A stretch of 63,829 nucleotides of DNA, filler included, from Stramenopiles sp. TOSAG23-6 (taxonomy: Eukaryota): NCBI GenBank assembly GCA_900128565.1. It is 13 parts of 13 records of this genome, joined end to end, with 100 filler letters (N's around TTAATTAATTAA, not from the genome) between each part and the next. Parts side by side here need not be neighbours in the genome. Positions count along the whole stretch, not along the records: positions 60,379 to 61,462 come from LT639760.1; positions 61,563 to 62,646 come from LT639761.1; positions 62,747 to 63,829 come from LT639763.1; 10 more parts are not named here. One strand, given 5' to 3'. Under the pieces are notes generated by a model that saw nothing but the letters and a program-made list of their open reading frames with translations, was not told the origin of the DNA and did not search any database. The translations under genes and the position numbers were made by a program. Positions 60,880 to 63,829 of the stretch are shown in pieces (position 1 is the first letter of the stretch; every line of letters starts with the position of its first letter).

Positions 60880-61462
60880 ATGGAGTCATCGCCTGCGTGG
60901 TTTCATGGGTATGCATCTGAAGCAGAGTCTCGACAAATCCTACAGTCTCAACCGTCTGGGACTTTTTTGGTTCGATTGTCTCATTCCAGGCGCAATTGTC
61001 TATTGCTTTTGTTTGTAAATTCTATGTGCTCCGTTGAACGATATAAGATTCAACGAGTATATGATACTCATAAAAGTATGCAATATAGAATTGACCCGCT
61101 TGCGTTTCATGGACATGGTTCTGATATTATAGAAACTTCTGTCGTCGGCTTAATACACCAACACATGCAAATAGGTAATTTATCTATACCTCTACCAAAA
61201 CCAGAGAAAGACTCTTCTTTTGCTTATTTTTTAGAGAGTCATGGTCGTAATTGGTTTCATGGTTTTCTCCGTTATGAGGAAGCTATTAAGTGCTTACAAC
61301 ACAAACAACCAGGCTCTTTTCTATTACGATTTTCAGAGTCACAACCTGGGGCATTAGTCATTGTTTGGACGTCTCAAGACAATTCGTCTCAAAAAGTACA
61401 ACAAACAATTGCCAAAAATATGTCAACAAAACTCTTACAATCCTCCTCTCAAAAAGAATCGT
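60880..61462 (+). CDS. tandem SH2-domain protein (3' partial)
   Basis: WFHG...GTFLVRLS and WFHG...GSFLLRFSES. Confidence 0.85.
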
Positions 61463-61562
61463 NNNNNNNNNNNNNNNNNNNNNNNNNNNNNNNNNNNNNN
61501 NNNNNNTTAATTAATTAANNNNNNNNNNNNNNNNNNNNNNNNNNNNNNNNNNNNNNNNNNNN

Positions 61563-61677
61563 TTGTAGAAAAATAAAAATAAAAAAAAAAAAATGAAAAA
61601 ATATTTCAAAAAAATTAAAAAATATCTTAGGTACAAAATTTCGTATGAAAAAAATATTTGGTATGAAAAAAACGTAC
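61563..61677 (-). other. family intron truncated by contig end
   Basis: GTT|GTACGT...TTCATACGAAATTTTGTACCTAA. Confidence 0.8.
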
Positions 61678-62219
61678 AACTTCACGAAGTGGATTATTAA
61701 ACGTTTGACAAGCTCTTTCTGAAAAATCAAATTGATTTTTAACATTTTCCTCATCGCGTATTTCAGGAACATCACCATCCTCTGCCATTTCCGCACGTTG
61801 TCGAGATGCCATCTTCTTTTCTTCCGCCTGAGCTTTGGCTTCATCTCGCGCATCCAGAACNNNNNNNNNNNNNNNNNNNNNNNNNNNNNNNNNNNNNNNN
61901 NNNNNNNNNNNTGAGCATTACTCTCTTGTGCAACTGGAATATACTCTTGTTTCTTAAAATCATATTTTACTACACTTGTTGGGACGTTTGGATCACCCCA
62001 GTTTAACATTCGTGCATGTTCATAGGTCAGTTGTTTTCGACTTAATTTCAATTGATTGTTTGGTTTGATAAACACAACACGTTGAACTGCAAATTCAGAA
62101 TCTAAATCTCTATCTTCATCAGGATTTACTTCAGGCTCTTCTACAACAGGAGCCTCTTTTTTACCCTTCTTACCTCCTTTTTTTCCTTTCTTTTTACCCA
62201 TTGTTTGGGTTTGTGACAT
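61678..62219 (-). CDS. DNAI1: axonemal dynein intermediate chain 1-like, N-terminal part (internal N gap)
   Basis: KPNNQLKLS..L..EH.RML...DPN.P..VV.Y.FK and NQFDFSERACQTFNNPLRE. Confidence 0.8.
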
Positions 62220-62368
62220 TGAATTGAGATGTAGAATTTGAGATTTTTGAGAAAAAATGTTTTATATTTGAACATAATATACAATGTTTTACATATCTTT
62301 ACATACAATACATGTAAAAAAAAAAAAAAAAGTCCTTTAAAAATTCTTATTTTATATCGAAACAAAAA

Positions 62369-62646
62369 TTAATCAAATGTAATTTTTTTCCCTGTAAAAA
62401 CAGCATTTTTCGTGTTTTCTTTCATTTTTTGTTTAGCTAACCAAGACGGATGTGCTTCACTATCTTTCTCATTCGTATTATAAGAATCATACGTATCTCC
62501 CATTTGTTTTAGGTTACCTTGTCTACGTGTCTGATGTTTCCATTCAACATTTTCAGTCCAATCTTTATCAAGTTTTCTTTTTTTTTGTGTTTTTTGTGTT
62601 TTTTGTGATTTTTGTGTTTTTTGTAAATTCGTGGAATTGCCCATTT
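62369..62646 (-). CDS. BUD22/SRFBP1-like C-terminal fragment
   Basis: HPSWLAK...FTGKKITFD-stop terminal motif. Confidence 0.75.
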
Positions 62647-62746
62647 NNNNNNNNNNNNNNNNNNNNNNNNNNNNNNNNNNNNNNNNNNNNTTAATTAATT
62701 AANNNNNNNNNNNNNNNNNNNNNNNNNNNNNNNNNNNNNNNNNNNN

Positions 62747-63340
62747 GTGTGATCCTAATCGAAGGGGGCCTAAAAACATGTGGAGAAGCTCATGATTCGC
62801 AATGTTAAATTGATGAGTAATTGGAGTTATTAAAGATTTCTCTACCATAACGGCGACAATTCGACCTAAATCTGCCAAATCGCAACCATCTTTATCCAAC
62901 ATCCTTTCCCAACTTGAAAGAAAATTTTGAGAATATATAGGGTTAGGGTTGCTTTCGGATACGGATGATTCAAAAGTTTCGCCAATAGCGTTACGAGCCT
63001 CACTCTCGGCGGTGTTATACGGAGAATCTTGATGATGAACTTTCAAAGGAGGTAAGCCCAATTCTAAAGCTAAGCATAACTTGTAAAGTATATTTTTAGA
63101 AAAAAAAGTGTTAGGTACAAAATTTTGTATGTACAGAAAAATAAATTCAAAATTGAAATGAAAACGTACATGATGATTTTGAAGTATCATTTTTTTCTTT
63201 ACACATATACTCAATAAAAGATGCAGTACCACTCATAAAACATCTATTTAATTTTGATTTAGCTATTCTTTTTGCTATTTTATTAATTACTATTCTCTCA
63301 ACATTTTCTTTTTCAAAACTTTTTCCATCAAACATTTCAT
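62747..63340 (-). CDS. hypothetical protein fragment; intron 63076-63169
   Basis: Two ORFs joined in frame by a family intron. Confidence 0.55.
63076..63169 (-). other. non-canonical intron, GT...AT (94 nt)
   Basis: AT|GTACGT...TTTTGTACCTAAC...ACAAGTTAT|GC, phase 1. Confidence 0.7.
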
Positions 63341-63726
63341 CAAAGTTTTGATTTTTTTTTTATGTTTTTCTAATGATAATAATAATGAATGTGTGGACTC
63401 AATCGTATTAGATTTAATAACATGTTTTGTATTTTTTGTATTTTTTGTATTTTTTTTTTTTTTTCAATTTAAAANNNNNNNNNNNNNNNNNNNNNNNNNN
63501 NNNNNNNNNNNNNNNNNNNNNNNNNNNNNNNNNNNNNNNNNNNNNNNNNNNNNNNNNGATTTGCACAAATCGTTACAGAAATTTGTACTTAAAGGATCAG
63601 ATGAACTCAAACGTAATATCGAACGAGACGCAGAAGATCGAATGTCAGCATTGAATTTCGATTGAACTTCTGGAGATCGACCTCTACCATATTCAACATT
63701 TGACATTGATAGTGTCGATAAAATAC

Positions 63727-63829
63727 ATAATTTGTGAAAATATTTTTTTTTTTTTTTTCTTAAGTACAAAATTTTATACAAAAAAAAAATATTTGATAAA
63801 AAAAAAAAAAAATATTTTTTTTTTCTTAA
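63727..63829 (-). other. 3' part of family intron preceding an exon at 63558-63726
   Basis: TTTTGTACTTAAG...AAATATTTTCACAAATTAT|GT. Confidence 0.6.

Noticed and set aside
5475-63829. Dispersed palindromic repeat as a CRISPR, attC or REP element
   Set aside because: Eukaryotic context, not arrayed, no cas or integrase; copies sit inside frame-interrupting inserts, which introns explain better.

Overview
AT-rich eukaryotic genomic DNA, probably from a flagellated protist (axonemal dynein intermediate chains, TTAGGG-type repeats; stramenopile-like is inference only). The window is 13 contigs joined by synthetic N-TTAATTAATTAA-N linkers, and one 8-kb contig is present twice. Recognisable genes: DOHH, a multi-EF-hand protein, DNAI2- and DNAI1-like dynein chains, fasciclin, MIT+CbbX-type AAA, KH+Smr, Tudor/XRP2-like, ATP synthase d-like, GrpE, saposin-like, TMTC-like, IMP1 peptidase, WW/IQ, PH+PDZ, CASP-like, tandem SH2 and BUD22-like. 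The main discovery is a family of about 25 related ~90-160 nt introns in unrelated genes. They start GTAYGT, carry a conserved palindromic core plus a branch-like motif (TTTCGTACGAAATTTTGTACCTAAC) and end in ...AATACAT (sometimes ...ACTT) rather than AG. Removing them at these non-AG ends restores reading frames and conserved residues. They have short inverted termini and often a 2-nt direct repeat (introner/MITE-like), and they coexist with ordinary GT-AG introns. No transcript evidence is available here, so splicing is inferred from reading frames.
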